From assembly GCA_023245355.1 (NCBI GenBank), contig JAHFKN010000003.1:121368-185367 (forward strand): a stretch of DNA of 64,000 bases, read 5' to 3'. The translations under genes were made by a program, and so were the position numbers. This DNA is from Candidatus Gottesmanbacteria bacterium (GTDB lineage Bacteria; Patescibacteriota; Microgenomatia; UBA10105; UBA927). Below the pieces are notes generated by a model. It was not told where the DNA came from and ran no database searches. It saw only the letters and a program-made list of their open reading frames with translations. This document shows, piece after piece, positions 10,100 through 19,479 of the stretch. Positions within the stretch are counted from its first letter, which is position 1. Every line of letters starts with the position of its first letter.

Positions 10100-10836
10100 T
10101 GGACACAATAATAACACTTGATTCGGTGACCAAAACGTTTCGCGAAGGGCGAAAACTTGTTACGGCTGTAGAAAATATTTCCCTTGAGATTGCACGGGGT
10201 GAGTTCTTCGTATTTCTGGGGCCGTCAGGATCAGGGAAGTCGACGATACTCCGCATTATGAGCGGGCTGGAAAAGTCCTATCACGGAGCGGTCCGTTTAG
10301 CGCCGGAGATAGACCGCAACGACATCAGCTTTGTTTTCCAGCAGTTTGCGCTGTGGCCGTGGCTTACCGTATATGACAATATCGGTATCGGATTGGTGGC
10401 CAGGCATGCGCCGGCTCCGCTTATCCGCGAACGTGTCGGACGCGAACTTGAACGGTTCGGGCTCGCAAAATTTGCCCGGTCGTTTCCCCGTGAACTCTCG
10501 GGCGGTATGCGCCAGCGGGTAGGTATCGCCCGTGCACTCGCAACGGATCCCAAAATTATTTTTATGGACGAAGCATTCAGTGAGTTGGATTCATTTACTG
10601 CCGCGGCACTGCGGCGGGATATTTTAGAAATCTGGAATCAGACCAAACCGACCATCATCATGGTATCTCATCTTATTCCGGAAGCGCTCGAACTTGCCGA
10701 CAGAATAGCGGTGCTTACTGTACACCCCGGCAGATTAGAGAAGATCGTACGTAACACGCTCCCGCGGCCCCGGGCAAAGCGGTCAAAAGAATTTTTTGCG
10801 CTTGAGGACCACCTGTATTCGCTGGTGTCGCCGTAA
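10099..10836 (+). CDS. ABC transporter ATP-binding protein (NitT/TauT family)
   Basis: Walker A GPSGSGKST, signature LSGGMRQR, Walker B IIFMDEAFSELD, H-loop. GGAGGA RBS 4 nt upstream of ATG 10099. Confidence 0.8.
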   Translation: MDTIITLDSVTKTFREGRKLVTAVENISLEIARGEFFVFLGPSGSGKSTILRIMSGLEKSYHGAVRLAPEIDRNDISFVFQQFALWPWLTVYDNIGIGLVARHAPAPLIRERVGRELERFGLAKFARSFPRELSGGMRQRVGIARALATDPKIIFMDEAFSELDSFTAAALRRDILEIWNQTKPTIIMVSHLIPEALELADRIAVLTVHPGRLEKIVRNTLPRPRAKRSKEFFALEDHLYSLVSP

Positions 10837-10895
10837 TACCGTCCGGTACGTTTCATTCTTGACACGGTGCGGTTCTCTTTTGGTATAAATATTGT

Positions 10896-11873
10896 ATGGC
10901 TAAAAAGAAAAAATCCGTACGCACCAGTGCCCGAAAACCGGTAATCCGCACCAAAAAAGACCGGTGGGACATCAAGAGGATTTTTTTGCCGCTCGGGTTT
11001 GCGGCGTTGGCACTGCTGGCTGGTTCGCAGCTTACGTATACTCAGAATTTTCAAAGCAACGTACTGGGCGATGAAGACAGCACATCCGGGCGCCGGGAAA
11101 CGGAAGCCGCCAAACAGCAGGAAGAGCAGCAAAAAGAAGCCGCCAAACAGCAGGAAGAACAAATCAAAGAATCTTCACAAATCTCCGGCAGCAGCGGCAC
11201 GATAACCCAGCGTAATGAAACCGAGACGGAAACAAGAGACGGCGTGAAGGTAAAAACAAAAGTCGAAGATAACGGAGCCGTCAAAGTAGAGGCGGAATCA
11301 GAAGACGTGCATTTTAATTTTCAGGAAGAAAACGGAGAATTGAAGCTTCATGTAGAAACAGAAGACGGGAAAGAGATTACCACACGCGAACATCTCAAGG
11401 AGCGGGATGAACTGGAGCAGGAACTGGAAGATGAGGACATAAACATATCCAGTGAGGCGGGAGAAATGGAAATCGAGCATAACGCAGTACGTGCGAGGTT
11501 CGGATTCCCACTGTCGATCGATCCGGTGACACGCGATCTTATCGTGACAACGCCCGCCGGCGAGCGGACTGTTGCGGTATTGCCGGATGAAGCGATGCGC
11601 AGGCTTTTTGCATCAGGAAAACTTACGCCGGTCGCTTCCGGTTCTGCGTTGCCACAGGACGCAAGTAGCTCGGGAACCCTGGCAAATTCCATTGAGCTTA
11701 CGCTGAAAAACGGCAATCTGGTCTACGAGGTGAACGGCGAAAAACACGAGAAGTTTCTTGGGGTAGTGCCGGTTACGTTTAACCGCAAAGTTACGGTATC
11801 AGCGCTTAGCGGAGAAGTATTGTCGGAGACACAATCCATTCTCGATACCATATTGGCCCTCCTCTCGTTCTGA
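10896..11873 (+). CDS. Secreted/membrane-anchored hypothetical protein with tandem KQQEEQ repeat
   Basis: N-terminal basic stretch plus TM/signal (IFLPLGFAALALLAG), two exact 33-nt tandem repeats (11103-11168) encoding EAAKQQEEQ, an acidic mid-region and a beta-rich C-terminus. Confidence 0.5.
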   Translation: MAKKKKSVRTSARKPVIRTKKDRWDIKRIFLPLGFAALALLAGSQLTYTQNFQSNVLGDEDSTSGRRETEAAKQQEEQQKEAAKQQEEQIKESSQISGSSGTITQRNETETETRDGVKVKTKVEDNGAVKVEAESEDVHFNFQEENGELKLHVETEDGKEITTREHLKERDELEQELEDEDINISSEAGEMEIEHNAVRARFGFPLSIDPVTRDLIVTTPAGERTVAVLPDEAMRRLFASGKLTPVASGSALPQDASSSGTLANSIELTLKNGNLVYEVNGEKHEKFLGVVPVTFNRKVTVSALSGEVLSETQSILDTILALLSF

Positions 11874-11885
11874 TGGAGTACCCTC

Positions 11886-12290
11886 ATGCTGACGGTGTAT
11901 CATGTAGGTATGAATTCTTATGCTGATGTGCTGCGTTCTTTCGGAGGCAAGCTGCATGTTTCCTCACCTCTTAAGCGCTATGTTACCAGGGTAGTGGCGA
12001 AGTTGCCGGAAGAGATACGGACCCATATTACGTCCGATTGTTGGTTCCTGGGAAGCAGGGAAGATGCATGGGCGTATACGTTTACCGGTGATGAACTGGC
12101 AGGGAAGCACCTCATCATTTTAAGTGATGAACTGAGCCGCCAGTCCGATACCGATATCGAGTGGACGATCATGCATGAGATCGGGCATGTCATATTGGGT
12201 CACCGTAACTCCATTTTAGTTACACAGTCGAGGAAAGAAATCGCCCGTCAGGAGAAGGAAGCAGACGCGTTCGCACGCACATACGTATGA
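11886..12290 (+). CDS. ImmA/IrrE-family (COG2856-like) zinc metallopeptidase domain protein
   Basis: HEIGHVILGH (HExxH) followed by QEKEADAFA, matching the ImmA/IrrE HExxH...E..A..FA motif pair. Confidence 0.5.
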   Translation: MLTVYHVGMNSYADVLRSFGGKLHVSSPLKRYVTRVVAKLPEEIRTHITSDCWFLGSREDAWAYTFTGDELAGKHLIILSDELSRQSDTDIEWTIMHEIGHVILGHRNSILVTQSRKEIARQEKEADAFARTYV

Positions 12291-13003
12291 AACGGATTGC
12301 GGTTATAGAGGAGTTGCAAAAACATAAGAATCCCGACAGAGCGGTGCTCTTGTCGCGCTATTTCAAAACGGGCAAAGGAGAGTATGCACAGGGAGATATA
12401 TTTTTGGGGCTGACGGTTCCGTTGCAGCGGCAGATTGCCAAAACGTATCGCAGTCTGGCTCTCTCCGATATAGAAACGCTTCTTACCAGTGCCATTCATG
12501 AATACCGTTTAACCGCGCTTATTATTCTTACTCTGCAGTTTAGTGCGTCCGCACCGGTACGGCAGAAAGAACTTTACGATTTTTACCTTGCGCATACAGA
12601 CTATATAAATAACTGGGATCTCGTCGATCTGTCTGCCCCCAGAATTATCGGCGGGTTTCTGTTGGAGAGAAAACCGAAGCGGCGGGTCCTTTACCGGCTT
12701 GCGAAGTCGGAAGTTCTTTGGGAACGGAGGATTGCGGTCATGGCGACGTTTCCGTTTTTGCGGGCAGGGGATTTTGCCGATACGTTTGCTATTTCAACGA
12801 TACTTATTCATGATTCTCACGATCTTATCCATAAAGCGGTCGGATGGATGCTCCGGGAAGCGGGCAAGGTAAATCAGTCAGCGGAGGAAGTCTTTTTAGA
12901 AAAATACAGCAGCACCATGCCGCGTACCATGCTCCGGTATGCGATTGAGAAGTTTTCCGACGATAAGCGGGCATACTACCTGTCGCGCCGCAGCGCCTTG
13001 TAG
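12287..13003 (+). CDS. DNA alkylation repair enzyme (AlkC/AlkD HEAT-repeat glycosylase family)
   Basis: Matches recalled AlkD landmarks: NNWDLVD, WERRIAVMA, HKAVGWMLREAGK, LRYAIEK. ATGA overlap with the upstream gene. Confidence 0.65.
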   Translation: MKRIAVIEELQKHKNPDRAVLLSRYFKTGKGEYAQGDIFLGLTVPLQRQIAKTYRSLALSDIETLLTSAIHEYRLTALIILTLQFSASAPVRQKELYDFYLAHTDYINNWDLVDLSAPRIIGGFLLERKPKRRVLYRLAKSEVLWERRIAVMATFPFLRAGDFADTFAISTILIHDSHDLIHKAVGWMLREAGKVNQSAEEVFLEKYSSTMPRTMLRYAIEKFSDDKRAYYLSRRSAL

Positions 13004-13117
13004 GGAGTGTTTTTCCCGCCGGAAGCATTCATTGCCGGAAGCGAAATGTCAGCGGGAGGAACGCAGGATTCAGAAATCATTCTTGTTTCATCCTCTGTAA
13101 TTAGCTATACTTCGTGC

Positions 13118-13687
13118 ATGATTTTGTCTGACCGGGATATCACCAATGCGCTCCGCACAGGGAGAATTACCATAAGTCCCAAGATTGATAGTAAGACGCA
13201 GCTTGGTTCATGTTCCGTTGATTTGCGGTTAGGTAAACAGTTTCGTATTTTTAACCACAGCAAGTTTGCCTATATTGACCCCAATAACCCGAAGTTATCA
13301 ACCGACATGATGGCGGAAGTCAAAATCAAAGACGGCGAGCCGTTTATCCTGCAGCCCGGTGATTTTGTCCTCGCGACAACCATGGAAACCGTAACGCTTC
13401 CCAATGACTTAGTAGGCAGACTCGAGGGCCGTTCCAGTCTCGGGAGATTGGGAATCGTCGTGCATTCGACCGCGTCAATTTTTGACCCCGGATGGCAGGG
13501 AATGGTCGTTATGGAACTGGGAAACATGGGTCGTATGCCGGTAGCCTTATACCCGGGCATGCGGATTTGCAGCATGACGTTTGAAGAATTATCATCTCCT
13601 GCCCAGGTGCCGTATTCCAAAAAAAGGGCGGCAAAATATATCGGGCAAAACACTCCGTTAGCCAGTAAAATTACTCAGGACAAATAA
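13118..13687 (+). CDS. dcd: dCTP deaminase
   Basis: MILSDRDITNALRTGRITISP...SVDLRLG...GWQG...LYPG is typical of Dcd/dUTPase-fold dCTP deaminase. 189 aa from ATG 13118; the ORF-track start at 13007 is over-extended. Confidence 0.75.
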   Translation: MILSDRDITNALRTGRITISPKIDSKTQLGSCSVDLRLGKQFRIFNHSKFAYIDPNNPKLSTDMMAEVKIKDGEPFILQPGDFVLATTMETVTLPNDLVGRLEGRSSLGRLGIVVHSTASIFDPGWQGMVVMELGNMGRMPVALYPGMRICSMTFEELSSPAQVPYSKKRAAKYIGQNTPLASKITQDK

Positions 13688-15216
13688 TGGATTGGCCAAT
13701 TCTGTATAAGCAGGTATTGCATGTCAAAGACCCCGCAAATCCCGTCGGGGTTGCCATCATGTGGACGGAACGTCAGGTGGTCGCCGACATGCTCAAAGAC
13801 GAGAACTACTGCGCTATCGGCAACCTGTATTCGTCTGCCGGAATATCCGCCATGATCCGCAATGTGTATGCCAATCCGCATGTGCGGAAAATCATACTGT
13901 GGGGCGCGGATCTTTCCCGAAGCGGCCAGGCTCTTATGGCACTTATGGCAAACGGAGTCGATGAAAACTTTTTTATCATCGGAGATGAAAAGGGCGGCCA
14001 GATAGAAAAAGAAATCGGCCGCGAAGCGATTGATCTGTTCCGCTCTTCCGTCGAGGTGATTAACCTGCGCGGCAAGTCGCCGGATGAACTCCGGAAAACG
14101 GTGGCAAAATACAGCGGTGAAACGCCGGTGCCGTTTACGGAGTCCAAAAAATTCCCGACCAGCAGGCCCAAGCCGTTTACCTTTCCCTCAGAACAAATCG
14201 GATTCCGTATTCACGGTAACACGGCGGCCCAGACCTGGCTTAAGATTCTTCACAATATTATCCGGTACGGCCGTAATAAAACGACGCGATATACGCAGGA
14301 AAACGAACTGAAGGAGTTGTTGAACGTGATGGCGGTCGTGTACGAAGAAGATCCGGAAAAGCCCTACCTTCCGAAGTTTTTTCCGTTTTCCGAAAAGGAT
14401 CTTGCCTCCTATTACCCGCAGGTGCTCTCTGCCAAACAAATTCCCGGCATAGCGTATACGTACGGGCAGCGGCTCCGTGATCATGACGGCATAGATCAGA
14501 TTCAGAATATTATCGACTTAATCAAAAACCGGCCGTTCAGTAAAAAAATGGTCGCGTTTACGGCAAAAATCAAAGAGGATTGGTCGGTGGTCAATAAAGG
14601 CGACACGCCGTGTCTTACACAAATTCTCTGCAGCATTCAGGACGGAAAACTGTTTATGACGACGCATTTCCGGAGCCAGGATATGGTGCACGGCTGGCCG
14701 CGCAACGTATTCAGTCTGCGCAAACTCCAGAAACTTATCTGTGACGAATCCGGGGTTCCCATGGGTGCATTCGTCATGATTACGCATAGTGCGCACATAT
14801 ACAGTGATGATTATGAGCTGGTAGAAAAAATCCTCAAGGAAAATTATGAAAAAGAATTAGGCTACACCAGCCGCCAGATGTTCGAAGATGATCCGCGTGG
14901 CAATATCACGATTGAGATAGAAGAAATAGGGACGAAACCGGTCGGACGGCCGACGAAGTATGCGGTGAAACCGACAGATAAAGAGTATGAAATCGTGCTG
15001 AAAATGTATGCGCCCAACGGCGGATTGTTGCTCAAAGAATGGCGCGGTAAAACGGCAATGGATATATATATTGATCTTATCAATATCGGCGACTATCTCG
15101 TATTACCGAGCCACGCTATATACATAGGCAGCGAGTTGCAGCGAGCGGAATACTATATCAAGCTCGGTATTGCGGAACTATTCAACCAGGATCCTGCGGC
15201 CAACAAGGCCCTGTAA
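13687..15216 (+). CDS. thyA: Thymidylate synthase (ThyA-type) with N-terminal MtrA-like domain (fusion)
   Basis: The C-terminal half has the ThyA core (DTPCLTQILCSIQDGKLFMTTHFRSQDMVHGWPRNVFSLRKLQ, cf. PCH...FQF...LSCQLYQRS.D..LG.PFNIAS). The N-terminal ~130 aa resemble tetrahydromethanopterin S-methyltransferase subunit A (WPIL...V.DP.NPVGVA...NP.VRKIILWGAD.S.SGQAL). TAATG overlap with dcd. Confidence 0.6.
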   Translation: MDWPILYKQVLHVKDPANPVGVAIMWTERQVVADMLKDENYCAIGNLYSSAGISAMIRNVYANPHVRKIILWGADLSRSGQALMALMANGVDENFFIIGDEKGGQIEKEIGREAIDLFRSSVEVINLRGKSPDELRKTVAKYSGETPVPFTESKKFPTSRPKPFTFPSEQIGFRIHGNTAAQTWLKILHNIIRYGRNKTTRYTQENELKELLNVMAVVYEEDPEKPYLPKFFPFSEKDLASYYPQVLSAKQIPGIAYTYGQRLRDHDGIDQIQNIIDLIKNRPFSKKMVAFTAKIKEDWSVVNKGDTPCLTQILCSIQDGKLFMTTHFRSQDMVHGWPRNVFSLRKLQKLICDESGVPMGAFVMITHSAHIYSDDYELVEKILKENYEKELGYTSRQMFEDDPRGNITIEIEEIGTKPVGRPTKYAVKPTDKEYEIVLKMYAPNGGLLLKEWRGKTAMDIYIDLINIGDYLVLPSHAIYIGSELQRAEYYIKLGIAELFNQDPAANKAL

Positions 15217-15259
15217 TTTTGTTGACTTTCTTTTGTCCGGTACCCCATACTGGACTTTG

Positions 15260-16036
15260 ATGTTTGATTACCTTCTGGGATTGATATTGTTAGGATTTGG
15301 AATCCGCAGTCACCCTGCTGTATTGGGAGAGACGGATGTTACCGTTGAATCGAGCGCGTCCGCCGATGCAAGTACGAGTGCCCGCCGGAAAACGGCTGGT
15401 GCTCTGCGGGTTATGCGTCCTAAATTTACTGCGGAAGAACAGGAAGCGTTTCAGAAAGAGCGCGCGAAGCGTGAAGAGAACTTAGAGCGCATAGGAAAGC
15501 TGCGTATAGAGTCGCTTCATGCGGATTTTGCGGCAAAGCAAAAGGCCAGAAGTGAGAAAGATAAAACGACCAAATCCGCACTGGAAGCAAAAGTGAAAGC
15601 ATTTACGGACCAGAAGAAGAAAGAAAAACTGCTGGCACTTTCCGGAAAATATCAGACATCGGTAGTCGCTCGGCTTGCCGTAATGCAGCAGAAACTGGAG
15701 TCTATGACGGTATTACTGGACAGGATTACCGCGGCAGCTGGCGCGCTCAAAGTTCAGGGGAAGGATGTGTCCGTCATCGAATCCCACGTAAGCAGCGCTC
15801 AGGCAAAAGTTGCGAGCGCCATAACTGCAGTTACTGATCTTGCGTCCGCTACGCCGACGTCATTTTCGATAGCGACGGAAGCCAGCGCGAAAGGAGACGT
15901 GATGAAAGCGATAGAAACCCTCAAGTCCCAGCTTGAGCCGGCAAACACGGCATTTGCTCAGGCGCATGAAGCGGTCAAACTGGCGCTTGAGGGTATAGAG
16001 GAATATACCGACGCTACAGAGGAGGCAGCGAAATGA
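15260..16036 (+). CDS. Hypothetical membrane-anchored coiled-coil protein
   Basis: N-terminal TM (LLGLILLGFGI) followed by a long K/E/A-rich helical region. Start moved to ATG 15260 to avoid overlap with thyA. Confidence 0.4.
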   Translation: MFDYLLGLILLGFGIRSHPAVLGETDVTVESSASADASTSARRKTAGALRVMRPKFTAEEQEAFQKERAKREENLERIGKLRIESLHADFAAKQKARSEKDKTTKSALEAKVKAFTDQKKKEKLLALSGKYQTSVVARLAVMQQKLESMTVLLDRITAAAGALKVQGKDVSVIESHVSSAQAKVASAITAVTDLASATPTSFSIATEASAKGDVMKAIETLKSQLEPANTAFAQAHEAVKLALEGIEEYTDATEEAAK

Positions 16037-16323
16037 AATCATCGCCGTTTGTCATCATTATTCCGGTCGTTGTAGCACTCCTTGTTGTTTTGGGAGTCGT
16101 CGGATTTGCCTATATATCCGCACCTGCAAAACAAACCACTGTTGTCGGTGTACTTCCTACACCGGCTATCCCGAAACTCCGGGAAGCAGGGAAGCCGCAG
16201 GTGGGTTTTGACACGATTCAGTCGACGCAGCCGGTATCGGATTTACGGAAAGCGCTTGAGAGCGCCGGTGACACGGGATTTTCGGATCTGGAAAGCCTGG
16301 CGGCAGATGCAGCCGCATTATGA
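16033..16323 (+). CDS. Small membrane protein (hypothetical)
   Basis: 96 aa with an N-terminal TM (FVIIIPVVVALLVVLGVVGFAYI). ATGA overlap with the upstream ORF indicates coupling. Confidence 0.4.
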   Translation: MKSSPFVIIIPVVVALLVVLGVVGFAYISAPAKQTTVVGVLPTPAIPKLREAGKPQVGFDTIQSTQPVSDLRKALESAGDTGFSDLESLAADAAAL

Positions 16324-17553
16324 CGCAGCAGCCGTGTACACCTTGCTGACGCGTTCTGCAATCGTATCCCAGTCAAACATGCGTATCGCTTCCGTCGTTG
16401 CCGGAACATGAGGCGCTCCATCGAGGACATGCTTGATTTGCTCCGCGAGAGCCAGCGGGTTATTCGCGCTTACGATATGTCCCTGGGGAAGCTCTTTGAG
16501 TATCGGGGAGATTCCCGTAACGTCGGTTGCAATCACCTGTGTGCCGCAGGCAATCGCTTCAAGTGCTACCATACCGAACGATTCATAATGGCTAGGCATA
16601 ACCAGCACATCCGCGGCGCTGTAATAATACGGCAGTTCTTCCTGAGGTTGCGGGCCTACGAATTTTACCGTCGCAGAAAGGCGCAGTGTTTTCCGCAGGT
16701 GGTCAAGTTTCTTAAGCTCGCGGGACCACTCATTTTGGTTTTGTCCCACATCTCCGCCGACAATCCACAGACAGAGACGGTCCGAGTAACCGGGATATTT
16801 ACGAAGCAGCATCTTGAGTGATACCAGCAGAACATCAAATCCTTTGACCGGATCAATCCGACCGACAGCGAGGATGATTTTATGATGTGTGTCCGCATTG
16901 ATGTGTTTTTTGGCAAGAGAAACCGGTATCGGGCGGAATAAATTCGTGTCTACTCCCGGAGGGATAGTGATGATGTTGTTTTCCGGGGCATCATAGAGTG
17001 CAGCAAGATATTCCTTTCCCGCATCGGAGGAGGTGATGAGAGTATCAGCGTACGTGACAAGGTCCCGCTCCAGCAGGATGCGCTCCGGCGGGTCATCGGT
17101 GTCTTTTGAACGGGCCACCAGCTGTTTCATGAGGCCCAGGGTATGAAATGTCATGATAAGCGGCGTTTCTGTTTGTTGTATTTCATTGAGTAACTTGCCT
17201 ACGATGCCGGAAAGGTAGTAATGCCCGTGCAGCACGTTGTAGGTGAGAGTATGTTGCCGGATATACGCTGCGACGTTTCGGGTAAACTCCGGGAGAGTTG
17301 TAAGGATTTCTTTTTTGGAAAGGGGAGTATGTGCGCCGCTTTCGATATGAATCACGCGGAAATTGTCATTGACGACAACTACCCGCGGATTTATGTCATC
17401 CTGTACGCGCGTATAGGCATCGACCTGCCAGCCCAGCCGGGATAGGGCTTTGGAAAGCTCGAACGTATAGACGTTGATGCCGCCGCGCTCCTTTCCCTCA
17501 CTGCTTGCCAGGGGACATTCATGCACCGTGATGATTGCCACGCGTTTATTCAT
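16318..17553 (-). CDS. Glycosyltransferase family 4 (GT-B, group 1)
   Basis: C-terminal ESFGMVALEAIACGTQVIATDVTGI is the E-x7-E GT4 donor-binding motif. 411 aa. Confidence 0.7.
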   Translation of the reverse strand: MNKRVAIITVHECPLASSEGKERGGINVYTFELSKALSRLGWQVDAYTRVQDDINPRVVVVNDNFRVIHIESGAHTPLSKKEILTTLPEFTRNVAAYIRQHTLTYNVLHGHYYLSGIVGKLLNEIQQTETPLIMTFHTLGLMKQLVARSKDTDDPPERILLERDLVTYADTLITSSDAGKEYLAALYDAPENNIITIPPGVDTNLFRPIPVSLAKKHINADTHHKIILAVGRIDPVKGFDVLLVSLKMLLRKYPGYSDRLCLWIVGGDVGQNQNEWSRELKKLDHLRKTLRLSATVKFVGPQPQEELPYYYSAADVLVMPSHYESFGMVALEAIACGTQVIATDVTGISPILKELPQGHIVSANNPLALAEQIKHVLDGAPHVPATTEAIRMFDWDTIAERVSKVYTAAAS

Positions 17554-17631
17554 ATCTCGGAATACAGTATATTGTACCGCATTTATGAAAAACGATGTTT
17601 TGAAAAACCAAGAGCGGAAGCCCCCGGAGTT

Positions 17632-19440
17632 TCATTTTACGGTGACGCTTTTAGCAAGGTTCCTGGGCATATCCGGATCAAACCCCCGTTCGATCGTAAG
17701 GTAATATGCCAGGAGCTGCGCGACGATCACATTCGGGATAATGGTCGCTTCGCCGACATCCGAAACAGGGATATATTCGTCAAACACCTCGTCCGGTTTA
17801 TGCGATACCCCGATGATGTATCCTCCCCGCGCTTTCATTTCCATGGCATTGGCCAGTGTCGATTGGTAATGCATGTCATTTGCCGCATAAACGATACAGG
17901 GAACGCCTTTGGTCACCAGTGCCAACGGGCCATGTTTCAATTCTCCTGCCGCGACTCCCTCCGCATGGATATAGGAAATTTCCTTTATTTTCAATGCGCT
18001 CTCGAGAGCCGTTGAATAGGAAAGTCCTTTTCCGATCACAAAAATATGTTCGACCGCTTTGAGTTCGTGCGCGATGCGCTTGAGTTGGTCAATCCGTTCA
18101 GGTTTCAAGGCCTCCTTTGCGGCCTTGGCGGCAGATGCGACTAACCGTTGTCCTGTTTTGACATCATTTTTCATGGCATGTGCCATCAGAATGAGCTGTG
18201 CGACCACCGCGGTGAACGCTTTGGTAGATGCAACTCCTTTTTCCGGACCTGCCCCGATCGGGAGTGTCAGGTCTGCCATGCGCCAGAGAGATGACCCCAC
18301 GACATTGACAAGCGACATGACTTTGGTGCCGTTATTTTTTGCGCGTTTGACAACCTCCATAAGGTCCATGGTTTCTCCTGATTGGGAAAGAGCCACGATG
18401 ATACTGCCCGGCGGAAGCAGATCGATATGATGATGCATTTCCGTCGGACTGCTCCAGTTGGTAAGTTTTTGGGCGACAGTGGCAAACAGATATGATGCTG
18501 ATCTGGCTGCATACCCGCTGGTTCCGCTTCCGACGATATATATTCTCGGCGCCGTATTGAGCTCATGAGCCAGTAGCATCGCCTGTTGTGTAGATTCAGC
18601 GGCAATTTCTGACAGCATGCCCGGCTGATCAAAAATTTCCTTAAGCATAAAATACGGAAATGTTCCTTTTTCCGCTTCTTTCGCAGTCCAGGTAAGCTGT
18701 TGTTTGCGCGGGCGGATTCTTCTGCCTGTTTTCGCATCAAATATGTGAATGCCGCCTCTGGAGACGACCGCCATCTCGTTATCTTCCAGATAATGGACTT
18801 GTTTGGTATGCGGCAAAAGGGCTGCCGGATCGCTTGCCAGAAAATTTTCTCCGTTTCCGAAGCCGACTACCAGCGGGGAGCCGTTTCGGGCTGCTACCAT
18901 CTCATCCGCTTGGGTATTAATGAGGATTATGGCGTTTAATCCATCCAGATCATTAAATGCCGCCTGTACCGCTTTTGAAAACGCGGGAGCCGCGTCCCGC
19001 GCGGATACGGTAAACCGCTTGAGATACTCTTCTACCAGATGGGCGATCACCTCACTGTCTGTCTCCGAAACGAAACGGTGCCCCTTTTTTATCAGTCCTG
19101 CCTTGAGGGTTTCGTAATTTTCTACGATACCGTTATGAATCACGGCAATAGTGCCCGTACAATCCAGATGGGGATGGGCGTTTATATCCGTAACTCCGCC
19201 GTGCGTTGCCCAACGCGTGTGACCGAATGCAAGCGTGCCGCTAGGCAACTCTGTAACCGTTGCATTGCCGATTTTTCCTGCTTTCTTTTTTACGACAATG
19301 GTTTGTTTGCCGCTCTGTTGTACGGGAACCACAGCAACACCCCAGCTGTCATAGCCGCGGTATTCGAGCGCCTTAAGTCCGTCGAGAACAATTGTCGGAG
19401 CTGTTTTTTGCTTGCCGATATATCCGAAAATGCCGCACAT
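17632..19440 (-). CDS. glmS: Glutamine--fructose-6-phosphate aminotransferase
   Basis: N-terminal MCGIFGYIG (Ntn amidotransferase Cys2), two SIS domains, 602 aa. Confidence 0.9.
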   Translation of the reverse strand: MCGIFGYIGKQKTAPTIVLDGLKALEYRGYDSWGVAVVPVQQSGKQTIVVKKKAGKIGNATVTELPSGTLAFGHTRWATHGGVTDINAHPHLDCTGTIAVIHNGIVENYETLKAGLIKKGHRFVSETDSEVIAHLVEEYLKRFTVSARDAAPAFSKAVQAAFNDLDGLNAIILINTQADEMVAARNGSPLVVGFGNGENFLASDPAALLPHTKQVHYLEDNEMAVVSRGGIHIFDAKTGRRIRPRKQQLTWTAKEAEKGTFPYFMLKEIFDQPGMLSEIAAESTQQAMLLAHELNTAPRIYIVGSGTSGYAARSASYLFATVAQKLTNWSSPTEMHHHIDLLPPGSIIVALSQSGETMDLMEVVKRAKNNGTKVMSLVNVVGSSLWRMADLTLPIGAGPEKGVASTKAFTAVVAQLILMAHAMKNDVKTGQRLVASAAKAAKEALKPERIDQLKRIAHELKAVEHIFVIGKGLSYSTALESALKIKEISYIHAEGVAAGELKHGPLALVTKGVPCIVYAANDMHYQSTLANAMEMKARGGYIIGVSHKPDEVFDEYIPVSDVGEATIIPNVIVAQLLAYYLTIERGFDPDMPRNLAKSVTVK

Positions 19441-19479
19441 AGTGCCTCCTTACAGAGCATGGGTACCACGCTCACGTGT

